Shown here in pieces: positions 27,228 to 36,811 of a stretch of DNA of 62,132 nucleotides. This DNA comes from an uncultured Bacteroidota bacterium. GTDB taxonomy: Bacteria > Bacteroidota > Bacteroidia > Bacteroidales > FEN-979. The notes under the pieces are model-generated. The model was not told the origin of the DNA. It ran no database searches and saw only the letters and a program-made list of their open reading frames with translations. Position numbers and translations under genes: made by a program. The stretch lies in the NCBI GenBank assembly GCA_937900965.1, contig CALCGJ010000159.1:1-62132 (forward strand), in the 5' to 3' direction. Each line of letters begins with the position of its first letter. The stretch's first letter is position 1.

Positions 27228-27917
27228 CTACATTCCACCACCCATTTTAGATTGAAGCTCCTCTTTTGTGGTGACGGTATAATCAGCAGGAATATCAAAT
27301 TCCTTACTCGAAACTTTTTTCTTTTCCACGGATATTGCAGAGAATACCATGGTAAACTGAGGTGTAACCATGGAGAACTCCATCATCACTCCATTTATAT
27401 CCTTATAGATTGGATTGTCAAAATTTGGATTCTCAGCACCAAAATCTTCAGTGAACCAGCCATCATATTTTGTTACGGATCCATTATCATTAACTGTCAC
27501 AATGGCTTTCTTACAGGTATACCCGGCAATTGTCCTGGTCTCTCCGGTAATCTCAACCACTGGTGTTGGCTCTTCTTTCAGGTCTTCCATGATTTGGTCG
27601 CTGGTCTCCGGGATTGCATATTTCTGGCCCATCATATTGATCAGTCCCACTTTGCTTTTTTCAGCATAATTGGTGATCTCGATCTGGGGGCCCATTGGTG
27701 TCTGGATTTCCGACCTGGCTTGATCTCCTTTGATTGTAATGATCATCACCTTTGGGAACATAGCCATCTGGCTTTCTGAGAACTTATTGTCAGGATACGT
27801 TATCTTGTAAGTAATTACGCCTTCGAATGATTTTTGACCGGCATAAGCCGATACAACCATTACCATCATAATAACAATCGTTACGATAGTCATTTGTAGG
27901 TATTCTCTTTGTTTCAT
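27228..27917 (-). CDS. Secreted hypothetical protein (possibly DUF4412-like)
   Basis: 229 aa with an N-terminal hydrophobic signal and beta-rich composition. It has no catalytic motif, and the family guess is weak. Confidence 0.45.
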   Translation of the reverse strand: MKQREYLQMTIVTIVIMMVMVVSAYAGQKSFEGVITYKITYPDNKFSESQMAMFPKVMIITIKGDQARSEIQTPMGPQIEITNYAEKSKVGLINMMGQKYAIPETSDQIMEDLKEEPTPVVEITGETRTIAGYTCKKAIVTVNDNGSVTKYDGWFTEDFGAENPNFDNPIYKDINGVMMEFSMVTPQFTMVFSAISVEKKKVSSKEFDIPADYTVTTKEELQSKMGGGM

Positions 27918-27959
27918 AGCAGAATAGATTTAAAGTTAACCGGGTTTGTACAAATGTAG

Positions 27960-29474
27960 TTATTTTACGACTCTCAGGAGCTTGTCCCATCGGATCTTTC
28001 CATCAAACAGGCTTTTCTTTTCATCCAGCGAAAGCCAGACAAATACAGCCTCTCCAACAACATGATCTTCGGGAACGAAACCCCAGTACCGTGAGTCTGC
28101 TGAGTTGTGACGATTGTCGCCCATCATCCAGAAGTAGTCCATCTTAAAGGTATACCTGTCTGTCTGAGCCCCATTGATGTAAATAATGTTGTCACGGGTT
28201 TCCAGGTCGTTGTTTTCAAAGACATCGATGATGCGTTGGTATACTGGAAGATTCTCAACGGTTAGAGGAACAGTCACTCCCTTCTGTGGTACAACAATGG
28301 GTCCGAAGTTGTCTACATTCCAACGGAAGTTGGAGTCGTGTGGAAAGATATTTGGATCCCAGTACCCGGGAGGAATGGTTATGGGCTCTACCATCCTTAC
28401 ATTACTGTAGTTCCTCAGTTTTTCTACAGCCTCGTCGGTCAGGGTCATCTCATAATTCCCCTGGTTATCTTTTTCTATCTGTTCGATTACACCAAGTTTT
28501 TCCAGGTTCCGGGTGTTAATGGAGGATCCGTCGGTTCTGACACGGTATTTAAACTGCTTCTCTCCGGGATGCTGTTCCTCTTGTCCGTTGATGTATACTA
28601 TACGGTTGATAATCTCAATGGTATCGCCGGCAATGCCAATACACCGTTTGATAAAATTCTCACGTTTGTCTATCGGCCGTGCAATTATGTCGCCGAAGTA
28701 CTGTTTGTTCTTCCATACATTATCTCGTCCAAACTGCCTGACCAATTGGTAGTAGCTAACGTTGCTCTGAAATTTATTGGAGAGGGTATCCCCGTCAGGG
28801 TAGTTGAATACGATCACATCCATATTGTCAATTGTTGACCAGCCCGGGAAGCGCCTGTAGGGAAGCTCAATCCATTCGAGGTAAGATTTGGAACTTTCAG
28901 TAAGAGGCATGGTATGATGCACAAAAGGGAACGAGAGTGGTGTATTGGGAACTCTGGCTCCAATGTTGATCTTGCTCACAAAGAGGTAGTCGCCGATCAG
29001 CAGGCTCTTTTCCATGGAGGAGGTAGGGATGGTATAAGCTTCCACAAGGAAGATCCGGATTATACTTGCTGCTATCACGGCAAAGATGATGGCATCAACC
29101 CATTCCCGGACAAAACTCTTTTTCGGAGGTGTGACTTTATCAGGATCGGTGTAGTGTTCATTTTTGGAGAACCCCAGGTAGGGAAGATAGGCAAAGGGAA
29201 AGATAACGGCCAATGCCTGAGGGCCCAATCCATATTTCCTGAAACATTTGGCAATCTCTACGATCATCAGCAGTACAACAAAAACGTTGATAAACGGAAT
29301 CAGCAGGAAGATGTACCACCAAAGTGGCTTCTTGATTATTTTCAACCAGATATAGAGGTTGTAAAAGGGGATAAGTGTTGCCCATCCCTTCTGTCCGGCT
29401 TTCTCGAATATGGCCCATAATCCGATTATGGAGAGAATAAAAAAAACGATATTAAGGATCAGGTATATATTCAT
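27960..29474 (-). CDS. lepB: Signal peptidase I with N-terminal DUF5684-type membrane domain
   Basis: 504 aa with S26 motifs (IPTSSMEKSLLIGDYLFVSK; GDNRHNSADSRYWGFVPEDHVVGEA). The first ~80 aa are the small multi-TM module often fused to it in Bacteroidota. Confidence 0.9.
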   Translation of the reverse strand: MNIYLILNIVFFILSIIGLWAIFEKAGQKGWATLIPFYNLYIWLKIIKKPLWWYIFLLIPFINVFVVLLMIVEIAKCFRKYGLGPQALAVIFPFAYLPYLGFSKNEHYTDPDKVTPPKKSFVREWVDAIIFAVIAASIIRIFLVEAYTIPTSSMEKSLLIGDYLFVSKINIGARVPNTPLSFPFVHHTMPLTESSKSYLEWIELPYRRFPGWSTIDNMDVIVFNYPDGDTLSNKFQSNVSYYQLVRQFGRDNVWKNKQYFGDIIARPIDKRENFIKRCIGIAGDTIEIINRIVYINGQEEQHPGEKQFKYRVRTDGSSINTRNLEKLGVIEQIEKDNQGNYEMTLTDEAVEKLRNYSNVRMVEPITIPPGYWDPNIFPHDSNFRWNVDNFGPIVVPQKGVTVPLTVENLPVYQRIIDVFENNDLETRDNIIYINGAQTDRYTFKMDYFWMMGDNRHNSADSRYWGFVPEDHVVGEAVFVWLSLDEKKSLFDGKIRWDKLLRVVK

Positions 29475-29525
29475 AGTGTTGGTAATTAGTTGCCTGTTAA
29501 ACGCAAAACTTCAAATTTTCGTGTA

Positions 29526-30266
29526 TCAGATGATGGGTCCCCTGAGTGCAGGAGAATCTAACAAATCTCTCATTTCAAAGAATCCTCTCTTCCCGACCAG
29601 CCATTCTGCTGCAAGGATTGCTCCCAGGGCGAATCCCCGCCGGTTTTTGGCAGTATGGATAATCTCAATCTGGTCTTCATTGGATTCATATACAACTTTG
29701 TGAGAACCTGTAACCTCTTCGATACGGTTGGAGCGGATCCTAAGGTCGCCTGGGTTTTCCGTCATAACTTTTACCCACTTCTCTTTTCTGCTGTGATGGT
29801 GGATGATGTCGTTGGCCAGAACAATGGCGGTGCCACTTGGCGCATCCAGCTTATGGAGGTGATGGGTCTCTTCAAGGGAGATGTCGTAATCGGACCAGTC
29901 TGACATGAGAGATGCAAGCTTTCGGTTCAGCTCGAAAAAAATATTGACTCCGATGCTGAAATTAGGTGCCCAGAAAAGGCTTTGCCCCCTGTCAAGGCAT
30001 TCTGTCCGGATCTCATCAATCAGTTGATGCCATCCGGTTGTTCCAACAACGATAGGGATTCCGGAATCAAAGCAAAAGTGGATGTTGTCTGCAACACTGT
30101 CCGGGGTTGAGAAGTCGATTGCCACATCGGCACCCTTCAAATCAGATAAGCCGGTTTCCCACTCTTCCGGCTGATCAATGGTCAGGACGATCTCATGCCC
30201 CTTTTCTATGGCGAGCTTCTCGATCTCCAAACCCATCTTCCCATATCCAAGCAGTGCAAATTTCAT
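29526..30266 (-). CDS. dapB: 4-hydroxy-tetrahydrodipicolinate reductase
   Basis: 246 aa with MKFALLGYGKMG (Rossmann fold) and EETHHLHKLDAPSGTA (the DapB signature E-x-H-H-x-x-K-x-D-A-P-S-G-T-A). Confidence 0.93.
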   Translation of the reverse strand: MKFALLGYGKMGLEIEKLAIEKGHEIVLTIDQPEEWETGLSDLKGADVAIDFSTPDSVADNIHFCFDSGIPIVVGTTGWHQLIDEIRTECLDRGQSLFWAPNFSIGVNIFFELNRKLASLMSDWSDYDISLEETHHLHKLDAPSGTAIVLANDIIHHHSRKEKWVKVMTENPGDLRIRSNRIEEVTGSHKVVYESNEDQIEIIHTAKNRRGFALGAILAAEWLVGKRGFFEMRDLLDSPALRGPII

Positions 30267-30280
30267 ATTGGTTATTCTTG

Positions 30281-30901
30281 TTAAAAACGAAAAGTTAGTT
30301 TAATGCCCGGTTGAACACGGAAAGTCTGGGCAGGTGGGAGCAGATCAGGGGCAATATGGAGCGATAGATCTTCATTGATATTATATGTATAAAGATGCGC
30401 ATCTACAGTAGCATCTAAAATGTTCAATAAATACCACAATGCGGTTATCAGGATACTGATCTCCAGATTTCGCCGGTAATAATCCGAAGTACTGAGTAGT
30501 TCGCTTTGACTATACCTTTTTACGAGGTCGGCATAATTTCCATCAGTGTTTCCGTTTACGCTTTCTATATATGCTGATTTGAACTCCAGGTAACTTCCGG
30601 TATTGGAAATGATGAAATAACTCATTAGACCAAATCCTGCATAAAGGATTGGAAGTTTCCAGTATTTCCGGTTGTATATCTGTCCAAGTCCCGGTACAAG
30701 TGCTGAGTAAAGGGTAGCCTTTCTCGGATTGTGCTTCTTAATCAATACAGAATCAGCTATCGAAATCGTATCATTTACGGTTTGTGCTGCTACGGAATCA
30801 AGGAACCATGGTCCGCAGACCATGCTTAATACTATGAGAATCTGAATCGATGAACGGCGCACGGTGTGTTGCCTATGTTGGTTATGGTTCAATCCGGGCA
30901 A
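30281..30901 (-). CDS. DUF5683 domain-containing protein
   Basis: 206 aa with SALVPGLGQIYNRKYWKLPILYAGFG, in the conserved Bacteroidota position between parB and dapB. Confidence 0.7.
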   Translation of the reverse strand: MPGLNHNQHRQHTVRRSSIQILIVLSMVCGPWFLDSVAAQTVNDTISIADSVLIKKHNPRKATLYSALVPGLGQIYNRKYWKLPILYAGFGLMSYFIISNTGSYLEFKSAYIESVNGNTDGNYADLVKRYSQSELLSTSDYYRRNLEISILITALWYLLNILDATVDAHLYTYNINEDLSLHIAPDLLPPAQTFRVQPGIKLTFRF

Positions 30902-31763
30902 GAATCTTTTTCAACTCATCATGTGAACCAAAAGCAATCGTAATGGTTCCAGCCCCTTTCCTGTTCACAGTGAGCTTTACGTGAGCATTGAGGTGTGCGT
31001 TCAATCTCTCCTGCAACTCCATCAAGTGTTGGGGTAGCTCCTCCGTTGTTTGTCGGGAAAGGGGAGAGGATTGGGTAGACCTGACAATCGATTCTACCTC
31101 TCTAACCGAAAGGTCTTTAGTCAGAATCTGTTTAAAGATGCGGATCTGAAGCGATATACCGGAGAGGGTAATAAGTGCACGGGCATGTCCCATCGTGATC
31201 TTTTTTTCCCGGATAGCGATCTGGATTTCTGCAGGGAGTTTTAGAAGACGTACATAATTGGAGATAGTAGACCTGTCTTTACCCACCCGCAGGCTCAACT
31301 CTTCCTGTTTGATCTGGCACTCTTCCATAAGTCGCTGGAAGCTGATTGCAACTTCAATAGGATTGAGATCTTCCCTCTGGATGTTCTCTACCAGGGCCAT
31401 CTCAAGCATCTGCTCATCGTTGGCTACCCGTATGTATGCGGGGACCTCTGTAAGGCCGGCTACCCGTGCAGCCTTTATTCTTCTCTCTCCCGCTATAAGC
31501 TGGAACCGGTCGTTGCCTAACTTTCGTAACGTGACTGGTTGGATGATCCCCTGGTGTTGGATCGACATGGCCAGATCGGCTAATTCAGTCCGGTCAAAAT
31601 CGGTTCTTGGTTGAAACGGGTTGGCTTCAATATCATCAATCCTGATCATGGCAACCGATCCGACAAGTTGATTGACTTGAATCTCTCTGGGAGCCTGCTC
31701 CAGTTCACTTCCTTCAAGAAGTGCACTCAAGCCCCTTCCAAGTGCTTTTTTCTTTCCTGACAT
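30882..31763 (-). CDS. parB: Chromosome partitioning protein ParB/Spo0J
   Basis: 293 aa with NPFQPRTDFD, GIIQPVTLRK...QLIAGERR and an HTH region. Confidence 0.93.
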   Translation of the reverse strand: MSGKKKALGRGLSALLEGSELEQAPREIQVNQLVGSVAMIRIDDIEANPFQPRTDFDRTELADLAMSIQHQGIIQPVTLRKLGNDRFQLIAGERRIKAARVAGLTEVPAYIRVANDEQMLEMALVENIQREDLNPIEVAISFQRLMEECQIKQEELSLRVGKDRSTISNYVRLLKLPAEIQIAIREKKITMGHARALITLSGISLQIRIFKQILTKDLSVREVESIVRSTQSSPLSRQTTEELPQHLMELQERLNAHLNAHVKLTVNRKGAGTITIAFGSHDELKKILARIEP

Positions 31764-31764
31764 A

Positions 31765-32568
31765 TCAGATCTCTAATTGTTTTTCTGATGTGGATAACCG
31801 GGTAAGCTCATTCTTCTGAAGGATCTCACGGGCCAGGCTAAGGTAATTGGATGCCCCGATACTGTTGATGTCATGCGTCATGATTGTATCCCCGAAGCTG
31901 GGAGCCTCGCTTAGCTTTATATTCCGGTAGATCAGTGTTTCAAAAACCAGTTGATGAAAATGGGTCTGCACCTCTTCTGCCACCTGCTTTGAAAGGTTCA
32001 GGCGGCTGTCGTACATAGTCAGAAGAATGCCTTCAATATCCAGATCAGGGTTAAGCCTGGCTTGTACGATCTTGATGGTATTAAGTAATTTTCCAAGTCC
32101 TTCCAGGGCAAAATACTCACATTGGACCGGAATGATTACCGAATCAGCAGCAGTAAGTGCATTGACAGTAATCAGGCCGAGTGATGGAGAGCAGTCGATA
32201 AGGATGAAACTGTAATCCTCTTTTATTTTTGCAATCACCTTGCGCATCATCCGCTCCCGGTTAGGCATATTGATCATTTCTATTTCTGCCCCAACAAGGT
32301 CGATGTGAGCAGGAAGAAGATCAAGGAATGGTGTGGAGGTATTGAGAATAATATTCTTCGGTTCCACATCATCCATAATGCATTCGTAGATGCTTGTTTT
32401 GATGTTCCGGGGATCAAAGCCTACACCGGAAGTTGCATTCGCCTGAGGATCACCATCAATAATTAACGTTTTATACTCCAGCACGGCAAGCCCTGCAGCC
32501 AGGTTAATGGCAGAGGTGGTTTTACCCACTCCTCCTTTCTGATTGGCAATTGCAATAACTTTTCCCAT
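31765..32568 (-). CDS. parA: Chromosome partitioning ATPase ParA/Soj
   Basis: The start is set at ATG 32568 ([18 protein letters not shown], deviant Walker A). The 21-aa upstream extension in the ORF track has no homology logic. Confidence 0.93.
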   Translation of the reverse strand: MGKVIAIANQKGGVGKTTSAINLAAGLAVLEYKTLIIDGDPQANATSGVGFDPRNIKTSIYECIMDDVEPKNIILNTSTPFLDLLPAHIDLVGAEIEMINMPNRERMMRKVIAKIKEDYSFILIDCSPSLGLITVNALTAADSVIIPVQCEYFALEGLGKLLNTIKIVQARLNPDLDIEGILLTMYDSRLNLSKQVAEEVQTHFHQLVFETLIYRNIKLSEAPSFGDTIMTHDINSIGASNYLSLAREILQKNELTRLSTSEKQLEI

Positions 32569-32623
32569 AGATGCAAAAATACATTTTAATGACGAAACCT
32601 TCAAAGATGTTAATAAATATTCC

Positions 32624-32657
32624 GGAAACAAAACAAGCTGCCCGTTGGACAGCTTGC
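32624..32657 (-). terminator. Rho-independent terminator after the DUF3276 gene
   Basis: The minus-strand stem CAAGCTG/CAGCTTG (32634-32640 / 32650-32656) has a 9-nt loop and is followed by UUUUGUUU. Confidence 0.6.
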
Positions 32658-32679
32658 CAGGATACTGTTTGTGCTGAAA

Positions 32680-33063
32680 TTACTCAGTTTCAGTGTCTGA
32701 TTGCAGATCTTCAAAACTGATATCCGTGTGTTTGTTCTTTGTTGTGCTCTCTCCGGTAAATTCGTCTCTTGGCCTCTCTTCGCGTGGTTCAGGCATAGTC
32801 TGTTCACTTTTGATATAAGATACGACTTCATTCAGCCCTTCTGAGAATTTCTCGAAATCTTCTTTATATAGGAATAGCTTATGCTTTTCGTAGAAAAACT
32901 TCCCCTGGTCGTTATTGAACCGTCTCTTGCTTTCCGTAATGGTCAGGTAATATTCATTTGAGATCGTAGCTTTCACGTCAAAAAAATAGGTTCGCTTTCC
33001 TGCCCTGACAGCTTTTGAAAATATTTCGGCTCTGTCTCTTTCTTGCTTTTCTTTCTCTTCCAT
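32680..33063 (-). CDS. DUF3276 (PUR-alpha-like nucleic-acid-binding) protein
   Basis: 127 aa with FSKAVRAGKRTYFFDVKATISNEYYLTITESKRRF...KHKLFLYKEDFEKF, typical of DUF3276. Confidence 0.8.
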   Translation of the reverse strand: MEEKEKQERDRAEIFSKAVRAGKRTYFFDVKATISNEYYLTITESKRRFNNDQGKFFYEKHKLFLYKEDFEKFSEGLNEVVSYIKSEQTMPEPREERPRDEFTGESTTKNKHTDISFEDLQSDTETE

Positions 33064-33092
33064 TTTCTTAGAACAAGTTTTTGGTTATAACG

Positions 33093-33100
33093 CAAAAATA
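33093..33100 (-). promoter_or_regulatory. -7 promoter box TATTTTTG for the DUF3276 gene
   Basis: TAnnTTTG match ~30 nt upstream of ATG 33063. Confidence 0.5.
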
Positions 33101-33142
33101 AAAATATTATTTGGAATAAAAAGTTTATTTCAATGAAATGCG

Positions 33143-33150
33143 TAGCTTTG
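33143..33150 (+). promoter_or_regulatory. -7 promoter box TAGCTTTG for nusB
   Basis: Lies downstream of the ORF-track ATG at 33138, which argues for the ATG at 33201 as the real start. Confidence 0.5.
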
Positions 33151-33200
33151 CAGACTGGTTAAACTATAGCTTCAAAGATGTTCTTTTTCATAGTCGAGTT

Positions 33201-34163
33201 ATGTTAGGCAGAAGGCACTTCAGGATTAAAGTCCTCCAGGGTTTATATGCATATTTCCAGGGTGGAGAACCTCAGATGGAGAATGCGGAGAAACAGCTTC
33301 TGCAGAGTATCAACAAACTGAAAGAACTCTATTTTATCCAACTCTCTTTTTTTCTTGAAGTGATTGATTTTTACATCCGAAGGATGGAGGAATCGAAGCA
33401 TAAGTATTATCCTACTGACGAAGAGTTAAATCCTGTTGCAAAGTTTATTAACAATCGCATTATTGCCAAACTACGTGAAAACAAAGATCTTACATCTTCA
33501 ATACGGAAGTATAAGATCAGCTGGACCGAAGAACAGGACAGTATCCGAAAAGTCTACCAGCGGATCAGGGATTGTAAAGATCATCGGGATTATCTCTATT
33601 CAGGCGAAAACTCATTCAAGGAGGATCATGAGTTTGCAGCACGAATGATGAAAAAGTATATCCTGCACTCCCCTGAGTTACAGTTTTTCTGTGAAGAACG
33701 CTCCATATACTGGGTTGATGATTTTGAAGTTACTGCCTCCTTCGCGCTAAAGACTATCCGCCTGCTTACCGAAGAATTTCCCGTCACAACTCCACTCCTC
33801 TCTCTATTTGTCAAAGACAAGGAGGAGGATCCGAAGGATGAACATAAATTCATTATTGAGCTGTTCCGGCAAACCATCATACACAGCGATGAGTTCGAAA
33901 AAAGAATCGAGGGAAGATTGAAGAACTGGGAACTTGACCGGATTGCCCTTACCGACATCATTCTTATCAAAATGGCCTTAGCGGAGTTCCTCTTTTTCCC
34001 AACCATACCTGTGAAGGTAACATTGAATGAGTATATCGAACTATCCAAGCATTTCAGTACTGTAAAAAGCAAGCTGTTTATCAATGGGATATTGGACAAA
34101 CTAGTCTCTGATCTCAAGGAAGAAGACCGGATTCACAAAAGTGGCCGGGGTTTGATCAACTAA
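33201..34163 (+). CDS. nusB: Transcription antitermination factor NusB (long Bacteroidota form)
   Basis: RRHFRIKVLQGLYAYF near the N-terminus and a C-terminal NusB fold (DRIALTDIILIKMALAEFLFF...PVKVTLNEYIELSKHFST..SKLFINGILDK). Confidence 0.8.
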   Translation: MLGRRHFRIKVLQGLYAYFQGGEPQMENAEKQLLQSINKLKELYFIQLSFFLEVIDFYIRRMEESKHKYYPTDEELNPVAKFINNRIIAKLRENKDLTSSIRKYKISWTEEQDSIRKVYQRIRDCKDHRDYLYSGENSFKEDHEFAARMMKKYILHSPELQFFCEERSIYWVDDFEVTASFALKTIRLLTEEFPVTTPLLSLFVKDKEEDPKDEHKFIIELFRQTIIHSDEFEKRIEGRLKNWELDRIALTDIILIKMALAEFLFFPTIPVKVTLNEYIELSKHFSTVKSKLFINGILDKLVSDLKEEDRIHKSGRGLIN

Positions 34164-34229
34164 TTTTTCCCTCTTCATACTAAAGAAAAAAGCTTCACGT
34201 TTGTTAGAGATATAAACAGAGAACATATC

Positions 34230-35294
34230 GTGTTAAATCTACTCAGAATTACTCTTCTTAGTATCCTCAGCGGGGCTGTTTTATTTCCGGTTTCTGCCCA
34301 GATCGGGGGCGATTATACATACAAATTTCTGACGCTGACCAATTCGGCAAGGATAGCCGGGATGGGTGGCAATGCCATTACAGTAATGGATAATGATGTT
34401 ACCCTGTCGCTTGCTAATCCATCCCTTATCTCTTCCGAAATGCATAACCAGTTAGCATTGAGTTATGTGAATTACTTTACCGGCAATAATATTGGTTTTG
34501 CCATGTACTCCCGTACATTTAAAAATGCAGGTAGTTTTGTTGGGGCTATCCAGTTCAGTGATTATGGTACAATCCAGGGGGCCGATGCTGCCGGAAACAA
34601 AACCGGGAATATCAGCGCGTCGGAGTACGCACTTTCCATTGGATGGGGACGAATGCTTTCCGAAAATTTTTCTATAGGAGCCAATGCGAAACTAATCTAT
34701 TCTCATCTCGACACCTACAATTCGTTCGGGATAGCTGTGGATGTAGCAGGATCTTATTTTACGAAAAATAAACTCTTTACAGCTTCACTCATGGCCCGGA
34801 ACATCGGGTCGCAGATTGTTCCTTACCGTTCCGGCAAATATGAAGCTCTTCCTTTCGAGCTTCAACTAGGACTATCACAGGGATTGAAACACCTGCCATT
34901 GCGCTTCTACCTGCTGTTTACAAACCTCCAGAGGTGGAATCTCAGTTACACAGACCCGAATGACCCAAAAAACCAGGTGGATCCCTATACGGGACAACTC
35001 AATGAGAAAAGGGGCCTGAGCAAATTTGCCGATAACCTCATGCGTCATATTGTTATCGGAGGGGAACTCACCATAGCTAAAGTATTCTCAGTCAGGATAG
35101 GCTATAACTACGGACGGCGTCAGGAGTTAAAACTGTTTGAACGGACCGGTCTTAGTGGTTTCACCTATGGCGTCGGCTTCCGGGTAAAGATGTTCAACTT
35201 CAGTTACACGCATGCCACCTATCAGGCTGGAAGCCCCAATCCCAACTATATTACAATCGCCGTAAACCTTCAACAGTTCGCGAAGAAGGAGTGA
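34230..35294 (+). CDS. porQ: Type IX secretion system protein PorQ
   Basis: 354 aa with a GTG start, a signal peptide, GGDYTYKFLTLTNSARIAGMGGNAI and beta-barrel periodicity, the typical PorQ N-terminus. Confidence 0.75.
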   Translation: MLNLLRITLLSILSGAVLFPVSAQIGGDYTYKFLTLTNSARIAGMGGNAITVMDNDVTLSLANPSLISSEMHNQLALSYVNYFTGNNIGFAMYSRTFKNAGSFVGAIQFSDYGTIQGADAAGNKTGNISASEYALSIGWGRMLSENFSIGANAKLIYSHLDTYNSFGIAVDVAGSYFTKNKLFTASLMARNIGSQIVPYRSGKYEALPFELQLGLSQGLKHLPLRFYLLFTNLQRWNLSYTDPNDPKNQVDPYTGQLNEKRGLSKFADNLMRHIVIGGELTIAKVFSVRIGYNYGRRQELKLFERTGLSGFTYGVGFRVKMFNFSYTHATYQAGSPNPNYITIAVNLQQFAKKE

Positions 35295-35885
35295 TGAAGG
35301 GATGGAGGGATGATTCGACCACTTCAATCTCCGATTAATTCGATTTTTGATCTCCGATTTATTTCAATTTTCAAATAACACGATTTATGAATGCTGGTTT
35401 GATTTAACGGTTTTCAAACTTGCTACTATTATAGATAATAGTTCGTTTGTTTCATCCTTCAGTGCGGACGCCTTATCCTGTTGTAGAATTTTTGTCCTGA
35501 CAATGATATCCAACCAAAATTCTGTTTCATCGAGCTCTTCCTCCACTACTTTTAACTTATTGATAAAATCACGTACTGATTTAGCACGGCAAACTGCACT
35601 ATAGTTTGCTGCTGAAGAAGTTGAACTTCTAATGATCTGTCTTGCTATCACTTGCCCGGAATAGCTCTTTGGAAGAGCATTCGCCATGGTTATTATATCC
35701 ACACAGAGCACTCTGAACCGTTGCCTTAACTCTTCTCTGGTCATGATTGTTTTTCTTCTTAATCATGAATCAAAGCAAAAGGTTATATCCAAATGCCAAA
35801 AAAGATATCAACAATCACAAAAAAAATCGAAAATCGAAAATCGAATCATTCGGAGATTCATCACCCCATCCCCCTCATCCCTTTA
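35291..35885. mobile_element. Four-helix-bundle gene cassette bracketed by ~55-60 bp imperfect inverted repeats (putative non-autonomous insertion)
   Basis: The left end (35296-35350) is aagggatggagggatgattcgaccacttcaatctccgattaattcgattttt. The reverse complement of the right end (35827-35884) is aagggatgagggggatggggtgatgaatctccgaatgattcgattttcgatttt. The cassette fills the whole porQ-ispH spacer. Confidence 0.35.
35385..35744 (-). CDS. Four-helix-bundle protein (23S rRNA intervening-sequence protein / Avd-like family)
   Basis: 119 aa, all-helical, with LPKSYSGQVIARQIIRSSTSSAANYSAVCRAKSVRDFINKLKVVEEELDETEFWL, the hallmark of the TIGR02436-type family. Confidence 0.85.
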   Translation of the reverse strand: MTREELRQRFRVLCVDIITMANALPKSYSGQVIARQIIRSSTSSAANYSAVCRAKSVRDFINKLKVVEEELDETEFWLDIIVRTKILQQDKASALKDETNELLSIIVASLKTVKSNQHS

Positions 35886-35890
35886 TTTCT

Positions 35891-35898
35891 TATCTTTG
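35891..35898 (+). promoter_or_regulatory. -7 promoter box TATCTTTG for ispH
   Basis: Lies 20 nt upstream of ATG 35918 and within the spurious 57-codon N-terminal extension of the ORF track. Confidence 0.55.
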
Positions 35899-35917
35899 CA
35901 TACTATTATTGAAGTCC

Positions 35918-36811
35918 ATGCAGGTTACAATTGATCGCAACAGCGGATTCTGCTTTGGAGTGGTTTATGCCATCCAGGTAGCGGAGCGTGAGCTTGCCGA
36001 ATCTGGCAAACTTTACTGCCTGGGAGATATTGTCCACAACAACATGGAGGTGAATCGTCTTAAGGAGATGGGGCTGGTCATTATTGATCACCGCGACCTT
36101 CCTCTCCTCAATAACTGTAAGGTGATGATCAGAGCACACGGGGAGCCTCCTGAAACCTATGAGATCGCCCTTAAAAATAACATTCACCTGGTTGATGCCT
36201 CCTGTCCGATCGTGTTGAACCTTCAACAGGAGGTGAGATATGGGTATGAAGATATGATGGAACGGAACGGACAGATTGTCATCTACGGTAAGGAGGGGCA
36301 TGCCGAGGTGAATGGATTGAAAGGTCAAACCAATGGTAAAGCTATAGTTGTTGGCAATGAAGACGACCTGGAGAAGATCAACTTTACCAGACCGGTTAGG
36401 TTGTATTCACAAACTACAAAAAGTGTTAAAGGGTTCCAACAGATTGTTAAGTTGATTGAAGCACGAATGATGGAGGTAAAGCCAGGTGATGATATTGATT
36501 TTCAGTGGAGTGACAGCATATGCCGACAGGTTTCAAACCGTGCCACCCTGCTTAAGGAATTTGCTGCCAGGTATGAGGTGATTGTTTTTGTGAGCGGACT
36601 GAAAAGCTCGAATGGAATGGTCTTGTACCAGGTTTGTAAAGAGATGAATCAAAACTCCTACCTTGTTTCGGAAAAGGGGGAATTGCACCAGGAATGGTTT
36701 GAAGGGAGGCGCTCCGTTGGCGTATGTGGCGCTACATCCACCCCGATGTGGTTGATGGAGGAGGTGGGAGATGAGATCAAAAAAATACACAAGACCCATG
36801 CATCTGCATAA
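35918..36811 (+). CDS. ispH: 4-hydroxy-3-methylbut-2-enyl diphosphate reductase
   Basis: Start MQVTIDRNSGFCFGV (first cluster Cys), followed by ASCPIV and SICRQVSNR. Confidence 0.93.
   Translation: MQVTIDRNSGFCFGVVYAIQVAERELAESGKLYCLGDIVHNNMEVNRLKEMGLVIIDHRDLPLLNNCKVMIRAHGEPPETYEIALKNNIHLVDASCPIVLNLQQEVRYGYEDMMERNGQIVIYGKEGHAEVNGLKGQTNGKAIVVGNEDDLEKINFTRPVRLYSQTTKSVKGFQQIVKLIEARMMEVKPGDDIDFQWSDSICRQVSNRATLLKEFAARYEVIVFVSGLKSSNGMVLYQVCKEMNQNSYLVSEKGELHQEWFEGRRSVGVCGATSTPMWLMEEVGDEIKKIHKTHASA

Noticed and set aside
35385-35744. Considered whether the four-helix-bundle gene marks a diversity-generating retroelement (Avd).
   Set aside because: No reverse transcriptase gene, no template/variable repeat pair and no target gene with a C-terminal variable region is present within the window.
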